This document shows positions 1-9,212 of a stretch of DNA of 64,000 nucleotides, piece by piece. A program made the translations under genes and the position numbers. The stretch comes from Hyphomicrobium sp. GTDB taxonomy: Bacteria; Pseudomonadota; Alphaproteobacteria; Rhizobiales; Hyphomicrobiaceae. The DNA lies in the NCBI GenBank assembly GCA_002928515.1, contig PERI01000006.1, positions 21,670 to 85,669 on the forward strand, in the 5' to 3' direction. Position 1 is the stretch's first letter; each line of letters starts with the position of its first letter. Under the pieces are notes generated by a model that made no database searches, was not told the DNA's origin, and saw only the letters and a list, made by a program, of their open reading frames with translations.

Positions 1-268
1 AGCTGGAAATAACGCCGGAGATCGCGTCGCCGATGACGGGAACGAGGCCGAGCAGAGCGTCGAAGCCCATGACGATTTTAGTGCCAGGGATTGTGACCGC
101 ACTATCCATGACGCGCGCCAACCCGTCGAGGCGGGCTAGTGTCAGTTTGACCTCGTGATGGTCAAGGTGCGGGACTTGCCGTGAAGTGCTGTGGCTCGAT
201 GGGCGTGATGGTCCACGATCTGGAAAAGCGCGAGAAACGGACACGAGGCAATCTCCCTGATCAGCCAT
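1..268 (-). CDS. DUF4112-family membrane protein (N-terminal part; runs off the left edge)
   Basis: Not in the ORF track. Manual translation of the minus strand from ATG 268 gives ...LARLDGLARVMDSAVTIPGTKIVMGFDALLGLVPVIGDAISGVISS, the typical DUF4112 N-terminal pattern (L..lmD..f.IPGT....G.D.llGLvP.iGD). Start uncertain. Confidence 0.8.
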   Translation of the reverse strand, partial: MADQGDCLVSVSRAFPDRGPSRPSSHSTSRQVPHLDHHEVKLTLARLDGLARVMDSAVTIPGTKIVMGFDALLGLVPVIGDAISGVISS

Positions 269-366
269 GATGCGAAGGCGTCATCGCAACGGTCATGCTG
301 CGCGCAATTACATAAGAAACGCCGTGCAGCATTCAAGGGTTCCTTACGCGAACCACATCGAACGCC

Positions 367-2157
367 TTAGGGAGTTTTGCGGCGCGGGAATGCGCGCGTC
401 TCGGTGCCTGCAGCTTTGGCGGCACCTTGCAGTTCGGCACGGAATACGTCGCGCTTTTCGTGGATTGACGCAATGACGAGGCCGGTTGGTACTCCGAGCC
501 CGACGAGTGTGGCCTCCGATAATTGCAAACTGGCTTCTATGTTTTCCGGTACTGCGTCGTTGACGCCGAGTTTATAAAGATGGCTCGCGTGGCTGGCGTC
601 TTTGGCGCGCGAAACAATGAGCAATTTCGGATAGGCCGCGCGCAAGGCCGTGACGATCTGATCGATTTCAGATTGGGTGTGAATGGTGATGATGGCGGCC
701 TTTGCCGTATCTAATCCGCAGTTGTTCAAAAACTCGATTTGGCGCACGTCACCGAAATAAACGGGTTTTCCTTCGCGGCGCATGGCGCCGACGAGGCGCG
801 GATCGCGATCGACGGCGATGTAGGATACGTTGTGTTTTTCCAGCATATCGCCGATGAGCTGGCCGACGCGGCCATGGCCAACGACGAGTGCTGTCGCGGG
901 ATTATCCAGCGAGGGCATGACAGCAAGCTCAGGATCAGGTGCCACCGGCGTCGCTGTGCTTCGAGCCAAGCGTCGCGCAAGGCTCGCAAACAGCGGGATC
1001 AGCGCCATCGATAACGCAACGGACGTCAGCAATATGCTGGTTTCCTGCGGGCTGACGAGTTTGTAGCCTAGTGCCAGCGTAAGAATGACGAAGGCGAATT
1101 CGCCACCAGGGGCCAGCAAACCGGCTGTTTCAAGAGCTGCGGGCCTTGGCACCGAGAACAAGCGTGCCAGTCCGTAAATGACCACAAGCTGAATGACGAT
1201 GTGGCCGAGCGTAATTCCTATGATGTGGATCGGATTGGCCAGCAGCAGGCCGAGATCAATACTCAAGCCGACCGAAAAGAAGAACACGCCGAGGAGTAGC
1301 GATTTCAGTGGTTCGATGGTTGTTTGAACGGCGCGGCGGTATTCCGTTTCGGCTAGCAACAGTCCGGCGACAAATGCGCCAAGCGCCATGGATAAGCCCG
1401 ACGCTGCGGTGGCAAAGCTGGTTCCCACCACGACGAACAATGTGGTGGCGATGAACATGTCCGAATTTTGTGTTTGAGCGACAATGCGAAACATCGGTTG
1501 CAGGACGTAGCGACCGACGCCCACAATAATCACAAGAGCGGCGATGGCTTGGATGAGGGCCAGGACGATGCCGCTTGCGAGAGAGCCGTTCGCTGTAGGA
1601 TCGAGGACGCCGAGCAGGAATAGGATTGGCACCACGGCTAAATCTTGGAACAGCAAAATTGCAAAGCTGGTTCGCCCTGCCGTGGACGCTAAGCGCTTTT
1701 GTCCGGCGAGATACTCAATGACGATTGCGGTCGAAGAGAGCGATAACGCTGCGCCGATAATCACCGCAGTCGTTGGCGATTGTCCGTACCATATGGCCGA
1801 CAAGGCAATCAGGCTGGTCGAGACCAGAACTTGCATACCACCGAGGCCGAAGACCAAGCGGCGCATCGTGACGAGGCGCTCGAATGATAATTCCAGACCG
1901 ATCAGGAACAAGAGGAAGACGACGCCTAGTTCGGCAATCGCGGCCACGCGCTCGGGACTTGAGACTGTGACCCAGTTCAGGGGCGGAAACGCTCCAGAGA
2001 GCAGCCCAAGCCCGTGTGGGCTGAGTAAAGCGCCAGCGATGAGAAATCCTAGAACCGGGCTGATGCGGTAGCGATGGAGGACCGGCACGACGACGCCCGC
2101 TGTGCCGAGCACAAGCAGGGCATCTTTGTAGGTCGTGTAATCGCTCTCAGCCGCCAT
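367..2157 (-). CDS. KefB/KefC-like CPA2 cation:proton antiporter with C-terminal TrkA-N (KTN) domain
   Basis: About 12 hydrophobic helices, LSSTAIV and LLFQDLAVVP CPA2 motifs, then a GHGRVGQ Rossmann motif and YFGD of a KTN domain. Confidence 0.9.
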   Translation of the reverse strand: MAAESDYTTYKDALLVLGTAGVVVPVLHRYRISPVLGFLIAGALLSPHGLGLLSGAFPPLNWVTVSSPERVAAIAELGVVFLLFLIGLELSFERLVTMRRLVFGLGGMQVLVSTSLIALSAIWYGQSPTTAVIIGAALSLSSTAIVIEYLAGQKRLASTAGRTSFAILLFQDLAVVPILFLLGVLDPTANGSLASGIVLALIQAIAALVIIVGVGRYVLQPMFRIVAQTQNSDMFIATTLFVVVGTSFATAASGLSMALGAFVAGLLLAETEYRRAVQTTIEPLKSLLLGVFFFSVGLSIDLGLLLANPIHIIGITLGHIVIQLVVIYGLARLFSVPRPAALETAGLLAPGGEFAFVILTLALGYKLVSPQETSILLTSVALSMALIPLFASLARRLARSTATPVAPDPELAVMPSLDNPATALVVGHGRVGQLIGDMLEKHNVSYIAVDRDPRLVGAMRREGKPVYFGDVRQIEFLNNCGLDTAKAAIITIHTQSEIDQIVTALRAAYPKLLIVSRAKDASHASHLYKLGVNDAVPENIEASLQLSEATLVGLGVPTGLVIASIHEKRDVFRAELQGAAKAAGTETRAFPRRKTP

Positions 2158-2343
2158 CGTGATCCTTGGAATTGATGTCGAAGGTCCGTCGTTAACTATG
2201 GCGGCGCAGGCATTCAGACACCACTAGGCATTTTCGCCGAAGTGGGTTTTGTAGCGTATTTCTTTTGCAGGTTTTGGATGTTGCGGGCGGTAGGAAATGT
2301 GTTGCGCACGAGGCGATCAAATTTGCACGGTTCGGCTGCATGG

Positions 2344-2358
2344 TTAACTGAGCGTTAA
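2344..2358. promoter_or_regulatory. CtrA-binding box (TTAA-N7-TTAA)
   Basis: TTAActgagcgTTAA; the reverse strand reads TTAA-N7-TTAAC. Intergenic, ~100 bp upstream of the class A PBP gene. Confidence 0.6.
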
Positions 2359-2459
2359 GCGCTGTTCGCTAACTTTCCTCCACTATCTGGCGGGCTCGCG
2401 ATGAGCCTTGGCTGAGCGATGGTTGGGCGTTTTTTACTGCTGAGGACGTTGAGCGTACG

Positions 2460-4691
2460 ATGTTTGGCTTTCGCACACTCGCTCGGCTACTGCGGTCAAC
2501 TCTTCGACTTTTGTTTCGGCGCCAATCCTTGCCCGGGCCCTTCAGCGCGCTGGCCGGCAAAGTTTATCCAAGCACGAAAGTGTCGTCTGTTGCGCCGAGT
2601 GATCTGAAAACGACGCGCACTTCGGGCAGGTTGTCGCGGCTGCCTGTCAAATATCGTTTCGCGATTGCTGTGCCGATTTTGGCTTGTGGCGTAGCGGTTG
2701 CTTCGTTGGCAGGCATGATGGTGTTTTATACCGTCGCCGTTCCCGATCCGCAGATCCTGCGACACAAAGAGCGTGCGCCGGTCGTGCGCATTTTGGCGCG
2801 AGACGGAACGATGCTGGCCGAGCGTGGTGAAGGCAACGACTATATGCCGATCGAACTGTTGCCGCGCCATTTGCAAGCAGCCGTCGTTGCGATTGAGGAT
2901 CGGAGATTTTTTGAGCATTACGGGCTCGATCCGGTCGGACTTTTTCGTGCGTTCTTTCGCAATCTTCGTGCGGGACGGTTTGCGCAGGGTGGTTCGACGC
3001 TGACGCAGCAGTTGGCGAAGAATTTGTTCCTATCGTCCGATCGCAAACTGTCGCGAAAAATCGAAGAGCTGGGTCTGGCGCTTTGGCTAGAGATGCGGCT
3101 CAACAAATCGGAAATTCTGGAACTCTATCTCAATCGCGTTTATTTCGGTGGCGGCGCTTATGGCGTCGAAGCGGCCAGCCAACGCTACTTCGGTAAATCA
3201 GCGCGCGACTTGACGTTGTTGGAAGCGGCGCTCATTGCAGGGCTACTCAAAGCGCCGTCGAAATATTCTCCTGCCTCCAGCCGTGAGCTGGCGCTGGAGC
3301 GTGGTCGCGTTGTGTTGGCGAAAATGGTCGAAGCTGGTTTGATCACGCGAGCCGATCAGTTGGCGGCATCGCATGAGCGCATTGTGTTTGTGAAGCCCAA
3401 AATCACGAAAGTTCGCACCAGCGCCGACTACATTGTCGATTTCGTGCTCGAACAAATGCCACCTTTGGTTTCGGGCGGACATGCCGAAGTGATTGTTGAG
3501 ACGACACTGGATGCCGAACTGCAACGGCAAGCGACTGAGATCGTGGCCAACGGGCTTCAACGCCAAGGTGAAAGTTTACAAGCCAGCCAAGCGGCGCTGG
3601 TCGTGCTCGATAACGATGGCGGCATTCGCGCGATGGTCGGCGGGCGCAATTATGCGGACAGCCAATTCAATCGCGTTGTGAAGGCCAAGCGGCAGCCGGG
3701 ATCGGCCTTCAAGCCGTTCGTGTATTTGGCAGCACTTGAGTCTGGTATGTCTCCGGATTATTTCGTGATGGATATGCCATTGACGATTGGCAATTGGTCA
3801 CCGCGCAACGACAACGGTCAGTATGTGGGAGAGATCACGTTGCGACGCGCCTTGGCGCAATCTGTCAATACGGTTGCTGTTCGATTGATCGAGCACGTTG
3901 GTGTGCAAAATGCGATGGAAGTTGCGCGGCGACTTGGAATTGACTCTGATTTGCGGGATGATCCATCGCTCGCGTTAGGAACATCAGAAGTTTCATTGCT
4001 GGAAATGAGCGGTGCCTATGCTGTGTTCGGTAATGGTGGGATGGCGGTCGATCCCTACATCGTCCGCCGCGTGCATTTGAGTTCGGGCGTTGAGATTTTC
4101 AAACGCGAAACTCAGAGCGCGCATCGCGTGGTGGACGCGCTGAAGGTTGGCGCGATGAACGACATGTTGAACGGTGCCATCGTGTCTGGCACTGGACGTC
4201 GCGCGGCACTTGCTGATTTTCCTGTCGCAGGCAAAACGGGCACGACGCAGGACTTTCGTGACGCTTGGTTTGTTGGATACACGAGCTATTTCACGGCTGG
4301 CATTTGGATCGGCAACGACAACAGTGCGCCGATGAAGAAATCCGTGGGCGGCGGGTTGCCAGCAGAGATGTGGCGGCAGGTGATGCAGGTTGCGCATCGC
4401 GGCAAGGCTCCACAAACTCTCCCTGAGACACGACCCGAGAATGGGCCCGAAGTCGCCGGGCAGAATTTGAGCCCGCGCGTTGCACAAAAGAGTGAGGTAC
4501 TGCCGTGGTTTGCGTCGCGAAGCACACAGACGGCTGCGTCTCATAGTGCCGATCGGAAGACCGATGCGCGCTATCCGCGCGAGGCGATCGATGCCGATTT
4601 TATTGCCGATGTGTTAGCGGAGTTGCCTGATCCAGCGCCCCAAAAGCCTGAGCGTTCTCAAGGTTTGTTATCGCTGGGTGGATGGTGGTGA
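2460..4691 (+). CDS. Class A penicillin-binding protein (PBP1A family, transglycosylase/transpeptidase)
   Basis: TM anchor; GT51 motifs IEDRRF, GGSTLTQQLAKN, RKIEE, YLN; transpeptidase motifs SAFK (SxxK), SVN (SxN), KTG. Confidence 0.93.
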   Translation: MFGFRTLARLLRSTLRLLFRRQSLPGPFSALAGKVYPSTKVSSVAPSDLKTTRTSGRLSRLPVKYRFAIAVPILACGVAVASLAGMMVFYTVAVPDPQILRHKERAPVVRILARDGTMLAERGEGNDYMPIELLPRHLQAAVVAIEDRRFFEHYGLDPVGLFRAFFRNLRAGRFAQGGSTLTQQLAKNLFLSSDRKLSRKIEELGLALWLEMRLNKSEILELYLNRVYFGGGAYGVEAASQRYFGKSARDLTLLEAALIAGLLKAPSKYSPASSRELALERGRVVLAKMVEAGLITRADQLAASHERIVFVKPKITKVRTSADYIVDFVLEQMPPLVSGGHAEVIVETTLDAELQRQATEIVANGLQRQGESLQASQAALVVLDNDGGIRAMVGGRNYADSQFNRVVKAKRQPGSAFKPFVYLAALESGMSPDYFVMDMPLTIGNWSPRNDNGQYVGEITLRRALAQSVNTVAVRLIEHVGVQNAMEVARRLGIDSDLRDDPSLALGTSEVSLLEMSGAYAVFGNGGMAVDPYIVRRVHLSSGVEIFKRETQSAHRVVDALKVGAMNDMLNGAIVSGTGRRAALADFPVAGKTGTTQDFRDAWFVGYTSYFTAGIWIGNDNSAPMKKSVGGGLPAEMWRQVMQVAHRGKAPQTLPETRPENGPEVAGQNLSPRVAQKSEVLPWFASRSTQTAASHSADRKTDARYPREAIDADFIADVLAELPDPAPQKPERSQGLLSLGGWW

Positions 4692-4703
4692 TCGCGTCGC
4701 GAT

Positions 4704-5462
4704 TTAAGTTAGCCCGCCGTTTGCCGGGCCGTAGCGATGCAGGTCTGGTCCATAGACCTGAAGCCACGTCTTAGCACTTTCAAAATCGGGGGCGGTTTTC
4801 TCGACCAATTTCCAGAAGCGCGGGCCGTGGTTCATTTCGGCGAGATGCGCCACCTCATGGGCTGCGACGTAATCCAGAACGAATTGCGGAGCTAAAACCA
4901 GACGCCACGAAAATGAAAGTACGCCAGTGGTTGAACAGGAGCCCCAGCGGCTCGTTTGGTCTCGAACAGCAATGCGCTTTGAAGTGAGCCCTAAACGTTT
5001 CGCGTGAAAAGCGACGCGGGCATCGAGATCGCAGCGTGCTTGCAAAAATAACCAGTCGCGTAGTCGGCGTGGTGCACCGACTTTGGTGCCTGGAACATGG
5101 ATTTCTGGCCAGTGACCATTGGTCGGCGCGCACGAAACAATGCGAGTCGAGGTTTCGCCAGTGAATAGGATGCGATGGGGAATGCCACGTAGCGGCATGA
5201 CGGCATTGTGCGCGAAGGGCACGGGATCGGGCAAGCTGTCGAGACGTTCTTGCACCCAGTCGATGTGTCGGTTGAGAAACGATCCGGCTTCATCAAGATC
5301 GCATTGAACGGGAATGGTGACGACAACGGCACGGCTGGTGCGGCTCACGCGCAGTGTTAAGCGCCGCGCTCCGGGATGACGGCGAACTTCCAGCTTGGCA
5401 TTCATGTCTTCGAATTTGGCGTTCGGCCGTTGCGGCATCACTGACGCTCTCGACTTGCGCAT
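4704..5462 (-). CDS. M48/YgjP(DUF45)-like zinc metallopeptidase
   Basis: SRWGSCS, LSFSWRL, DYVAAHEVAHL (HExxH) and NHGPRFW motifs. Confidence 0.88.
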   Translation of the reverse strand: MRKSRASVMPQRPNAKFEDMNAKLEVRRHPGARRLTLRVSRTSRAVVVTIPVQCDLDEAGSFLNRHIDWVQERLDSLPDPVPFAHNAVMPLRGIPHRILFTGETSTRIVSCAPTNGHWPEIHVPGTKVGAPRRLRDWLFLQARCDLDARVAFHAKRLGLTSKRIAVRDQTSRWGSCSTTGVLSFSWRLVLAPQFVLDYVAAHEVAHLAEMNHGPRFWKLVEKTAPDFESAKTWLQVYGPDLHRYGPANGGLT

Positions 5463-5671
5463 TAATTCTCGTCCTCTCGACGCTTCGCGTCACGCGGCAC
5501 ACGGGCCAACTCAACTTTTCAATACGCTATCATGACACGAGATGACAGCACACACCACGATATTAGATGGTCAGGTAGCAAGCTTCGTGATGTTACTCCA
5601 GATGCACAGCTGCATCACGCCATAGCAACATGGATAAGTGTTGCGCGTTGGTCTCAGCATTCGCGATGCGT

Positions 5672-6292
5672 TTAGCGCACAGCTTTGTCGAGTGCTGCAA
5701 CAACTTCGTTGACATCTGTCGTATGGGGAATGGGCGCGACGAAGGCACCGTCTTTGCCCATCAGATAAAACAAAGCCGCATGATCGTAACTGTAGCTATC
5801 AGGCGTTTTTTCATCGACGATCTTTTGAAAATAAACACGATAAGCTTTTGCTGCGGCTGCGACGTCGTCTTCGCTGCCCGTCAATCCAACGAGCCGGGGA
5901 TGAAAACTTTTGACGTAGGCCGCCAATTTTTCTGGCGTATCGCGCTTGGCATCGAGCGTTACGAACACTGGGGTGATGTCGTCCGCCTTCGTGCCCAACT
6001 TGTCGAGTGCCGCCGATACGACCTGTAATCCTGATGGGCAAATATCGGGGCAATTGGTAAAACCGAAGAAGACCAACATGTACTTGCCGAGGAAATCTTT
6101 CTCGGTCACGCGCTTACCGGTTTGGTCTGTGAGTGCAAAGGGACCGCCGACGAGTGCCGTGCCTGTCACTTTCGTGCCAGAAGAATCTGCTGGCGCAGTT
6201 GTGTTGATGCTAGAATTTGGCAGCGTGACATAAGCAATTATCGCTCCAGCTGTGAGCCCGGCTGCAACTAGCGCGAATAATCTCGTCTTCAT
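5672..6292 (-). CDS. senC: SCO1/SenC/PrrC copper chaperone
   Basis: FFGFTNCPDICP (CxxxC) and distal YDH copper ligand; divergent from regB as in the regB/senC/regA locus. Start moved to the ATG at 6292 (ORF track 6346). Confidence 0.92.
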   Translation of the reverse strand: MKTRLFALVAAGLTAGAIIAYVTLPNSSINTTAPADSSGTKVTGTALVGGPFALTDQTGKRVTEKDFLGKYMLVFFGFTNCPDICPSGLQVVSAALDKLGTKADDITPVFVTLDAKRDTPEKLAAYVKSFHPRLVGLTGSEDDVAAAAKAYRVYFQKIVDEKTPDSYSYDHAALFYLMGKDGAFVAPIPHTTDVNEVVAALDKAVR

Positions 6293-6376
6293 GCGCTTGA
6301 ACTCTCCACATAGTATTGAGTATTTTAAGCGAGAGTTGTGGGCCAACGCGTGCTGGCATACAAGTCGCTACGACCT

Positions 6377-6391
6377 GCGGCCTGCAGTCAC
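6377..6391 (+). promoter_or_regulatory. Putative RegA/RegR box
   Basis: GCGGCctgcaGTCAC versus the RegR consensus GCGGC-N5-GTCGC (1 mismatch), between the divergent senC and regB starts. Confidence 0.5.
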
Positions 6392-6438
6392 GAGTCGTTT
6401 AAGTTGCGATAGCAGCGTACGTTCTAAGGCGAAAATCC

Positions 6439-7866
6439 GTGAGCATATCTCCGCCGGCTGATCCTGTATCGTCTCAAGGCTTCCGAGACGAGACGATGCC
6501 AGCGTCGTCGATAAAAGGCATCGTCAATACGCGCGAGAGCCAGTTGCGGCTGGTCACGACGGTACGCCTGAGATGGGCTGCAGTGCTGGGTCAACTCTTG
6601 GCTGTTGGCGTTGTGAGCACGATTTACGGTTTTGCGATGCCGGTCGCCAATTGTTTGGCGTTGATCGCGCTATCGGCTTGGCTCAATGTTTATCTTGCGA
6701 TCCGCTATCCAGCACGGCATCGCCTCAGTACGCCATTCGCAACGGCCCTGCTGCTGTATGATATTTTGCAGCTTTCTGCGTTGTTGTATTTTACGGGCGG
6801 GATCGAAAATCCGTTTGTGGTTTTGTTGGTCGCACCCGTGACTGTTTCGGCTGCAACGCTGCCGCCGCGATACACAGTCGCTCTGGGCCTCACGGTCATG
6901 GCCATCGCGGCGTTTCTTATCAATCACCATTATCCGCTGCCATGGTATCCCGGCATTCGCTTCGACCTTGAGCGCAACTATAAGATCGGAGTGTTTGCAG
7001 CACTCGCGGCATCGACCTGCTTCATGGCGTTTTACACATGGCGTTTGAATAAAGAGTCGCGCCAGATGTCGGCGGCACTCGCGGCAACAGACATGGTGTT
7101 GGCGAGTGAGCAGCGCTTACACGCACTCGATGGGCTTGCGGCGGCCGCCGCACATGAACTGGGAACACCGCTTTCGACGATCGTGCTGGTCGCCAAAGAG
7201 TTGGAACATGAATTCGGTCCGCAAAGTCCCTATCGAGAAGATCTGCAATTGATGCATGAGCAAGCCAAGCGCTGCCGAGAAATTCTCCAAAAGTTGACAC
7301 GAAAGCCTGACGAACAAGATCCGATGCACGCGACAATCACTGTCCGCGAATTGCTCGAAGAAGCCTCGGAGCCATATCGACCGCGTGGAAAACGGCTCAT
7401 CATTTCTACAGCACCCATTTCCGATGCGGATGAGGCAGGGCGCAGCGAGCCAGTCGGTCATCGTCGGCCAGGCGTGATATATGGTCTTGGAAATATTATC
7501 GAGAACGCTGTGGGATTTGCTGCGTCCGAAGTGCAGCTATCAGCACGCTGGAACGAGCGCGATGTGGTGGTATCGATCATCGATGACGGGCCTGGATTTG
7601 CACCCGAAGTCATGGACACAATCGGCGAGCCCTATGTCACGACGCGCCGGTTCGAGGACAAAGGTGACAAAGGCCATTCTGGGTTGGGACTTGGTTTCTT
7701 CATTGCCAAGACGCTGTTAGAGCGGTCCGGTGCCAGCGTTAACTTTATGAATGTGCCGGAGCCGCGAACGGGTGCCCATATTCAGGTGACATGGCCGAGA
7801 TCGGCATTCGAGGTCTCACCGACGGCTTTTGAATGGCCAGGACGCCGCAATGCGCGCCCTGGTTGA
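6439..7866 (+). CDS. regB: Redox-sensing histidine kinase RegB/ActS/PrrB
   Basis: Six TM helices with the GGIENPF quinone-binding motif, H-box AAAAAHELGTPL, redox Cys (QAKRCREIL), N/G boxes (IIDDGPGF, GLGLG). Confidence 0.93.
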   Translation: MSISPPADPVSSQGFRDETMPASSIKGIVNTRESQLRLVTTVRLRWAAVLGQLLAVGVVSTIYGFAMPVANCLALIALSAWLNVYLAIRYPARHRLSTPFATALLLYDILQLSALLYFTGGIENPFVVLLVAPVTVSAATLPPRYTVALGLTVMAIAAFLINHHYPLPWYPGIRFDLERNYKIGVFAALAASTCFMAFYTWRLNKESRQMSAALAATDMVLASEQRLHALDGLAAAAAHELGTPLSTIVLVAKELEHEFGPQSPYREDLQLMHEQAKRCREILQKLTRKPDEQDPMHATITVRELLEEASEPYRPRGKRLIISTAPISDADEAGRSEPVGHRRPGVIYGLGNIIENAVGFAASEVQLSARWNERDVVVSIIDDGPGFAPEVMDTIGEPYVTTRRFEDKGDKGHSGLGLGFFIAKTLLERSGASVNFMNVPEPRTGAHIQVTWPRSAFEVSPTAFEWPGRRNARPG

Positions 7867-8012
7867 TCGGCCATGGGTTTTTGCCCTGCCTACAGAGGAT
7901 TTCATCAACCTTACGACGCTATTTTGCACAACTTAAGGGTTGCACCGGACAAGGCCCCGATAGATTATACGGCCGAGTTGAAACAAGGGCCGTGAGAAGC
8001 CCGGAGGGTGCC

Positions 8013-8579
8013 TTGGCCACAGAAGATCTGTCATTCAGACAAGACGAATTACCGGAAGATCGTTCGCTCGTGATCGTCGATGACGACCGGGCTTTTTTGC
8101 AGCGCTTGGTGCGCGCGATGGAGACGCGCGGATTTGAAGTGCGCTTTGGCCATTCGGTGGCCGAGGGTATCGATCTCATTCGCGATAAACCACCTGCATT
8201 TGCCGTCGTCGATATGCGCTTGGAAGATGGCACGGGTCTGGATGTGATTGCAGAATTGGCGCGCGTGCGGCCGGACTCACGGGCAATCGTTCTGACGGGC
8301 TATGGTAATATTGCGACGGCAGTCAGTGCTGTGAAGCTTGGAGCCGTCGATTATTTGGCGAAACCTGCCGATGCCGACGATGTAACGGACGCTCTGCTGG
8401 CTCCATCGGATTCTAAAGCGCCGCCGCCGGATAATCCGATGTCAGCGGATCGGGTGCGTTGGGAGCATATCCAACGCGTTTATGAGCTGTGCAATCGCAA
8501 CGTTTCGGAAACCGCGCGCCGTTTGAATATGCATCGTCGTACGTTGCAGCGTATTTTGGCTAAGCGCGCACCGAAATAA
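8013..8579 (+). CDS. regA: Response regulator RegA/ActR/PrrA
   Basis: Receiver domain (IVDDD, VVDMRL) plus the hallmark C-terminus MSADRVRWEHIQRVYELCNRNVSETARRLNMHRRTLQRILAKRAP. TTG start at 8013 follows GGAGG (ORF track 7833). Confidence 0.95.
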   Translation: MATEDLSFRQDELPEDRSLVIVDDDRAFLQRLVRAMETRGFEVRFGHSVAEGIDLIRDKPPAFAVVDMRLEDGTGLDVIAELARVRPDSRAIVLTGYGNIATAVSAVKLGAVDYLAKPADADDVTDALLAPSDSKAPPPDNPMSADRVRWEHIQRVYELCNRNVSETARRLNMHRRTLQRILAKRAPK

Positions 8580-8598
8580 TTAAGATTTAGAGGTTCGG

Positions 8599-9087
8599 CT
8601 AAAAAGTTCGCGTCGGATCGGTGAGATTGTGCAGTCGCGTTGCGGCCGTCCTGGCAAACGACAAGAGCACGGCTTTGCGCCTCGCTGCTGCGAGTTGGGT
8701 TATCGGTGCGCCACGTATGACTTCTGCGCCGTAAGCATCGGCGCAGATAATTCCAACGTCGGCCGGTAAGCATTCGAGAGGGAATGCACAATCAACTGCG
8801 AAATAGAGACAATCGCAATAATCTTGATATTCCGGCCACTTACGGTCTGATCGATAATCACCGATGCAAGATTTAATTTCGATAATTTCGATTTCGCTGC
8901 GTGAACCAATGGAAATGACGTCGGCGCGTCGGCCGTTTCCGAGTGGAAATTCGGCTAGGCTTGCGCAGTTGCGATCAGCCAACATGCGTTGCACGCCGCG
9001 CCGGATTGCCAGGGCTACTCCAAGATTTTGCTCGCCTGTCAAGGCGGCGTTCACAAGATTGGCGTGTAAGTCTGGCGTTGTGGTCAT
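8599..9087 (-). CDS. mmcB: MmcB-family DNA repair endonuclease
   Basis: EFPLGNGRRADV...EIKS...DYRSDRKWPEYQDYCD.LYFAV (PD-(D/E)xK); usual position convergent to regA. Confidence 0.85.
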   Translation of the reverse strand: MTTTPDLHANLVNAALTGEQNLGVALAIRRGVQRMLADRNCASLAEFPLGNGRRADVISIGSRSEIEIIEIKSCIGDYRSDRKWPEYQDYCDCLYFAVDCAFPLECLPADVGIICADAYGAEVIRGAPITQLAAARRKAVLLSFARTAATRLHNLTDPTRTF

Positions 9088-9212
9088 GGTAACGCCATTA
9101 TGCGCGTGAGATCATTGAACTCAAGACGCTTGCGGGGCGGGACCGCGAGCTGTGTTGGCTTTATATTTCATGCGTTGTGATCGAAGCGATTTCGTAGGGG
9201 CTCGGAGGCCGC

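Noticed and set aside
7833-8012. 60-aa N-terminal extension of regA
   Set aside because: It overlaps the regB end and intergenic DNA; TTG 8013 follows a GGAGG site.
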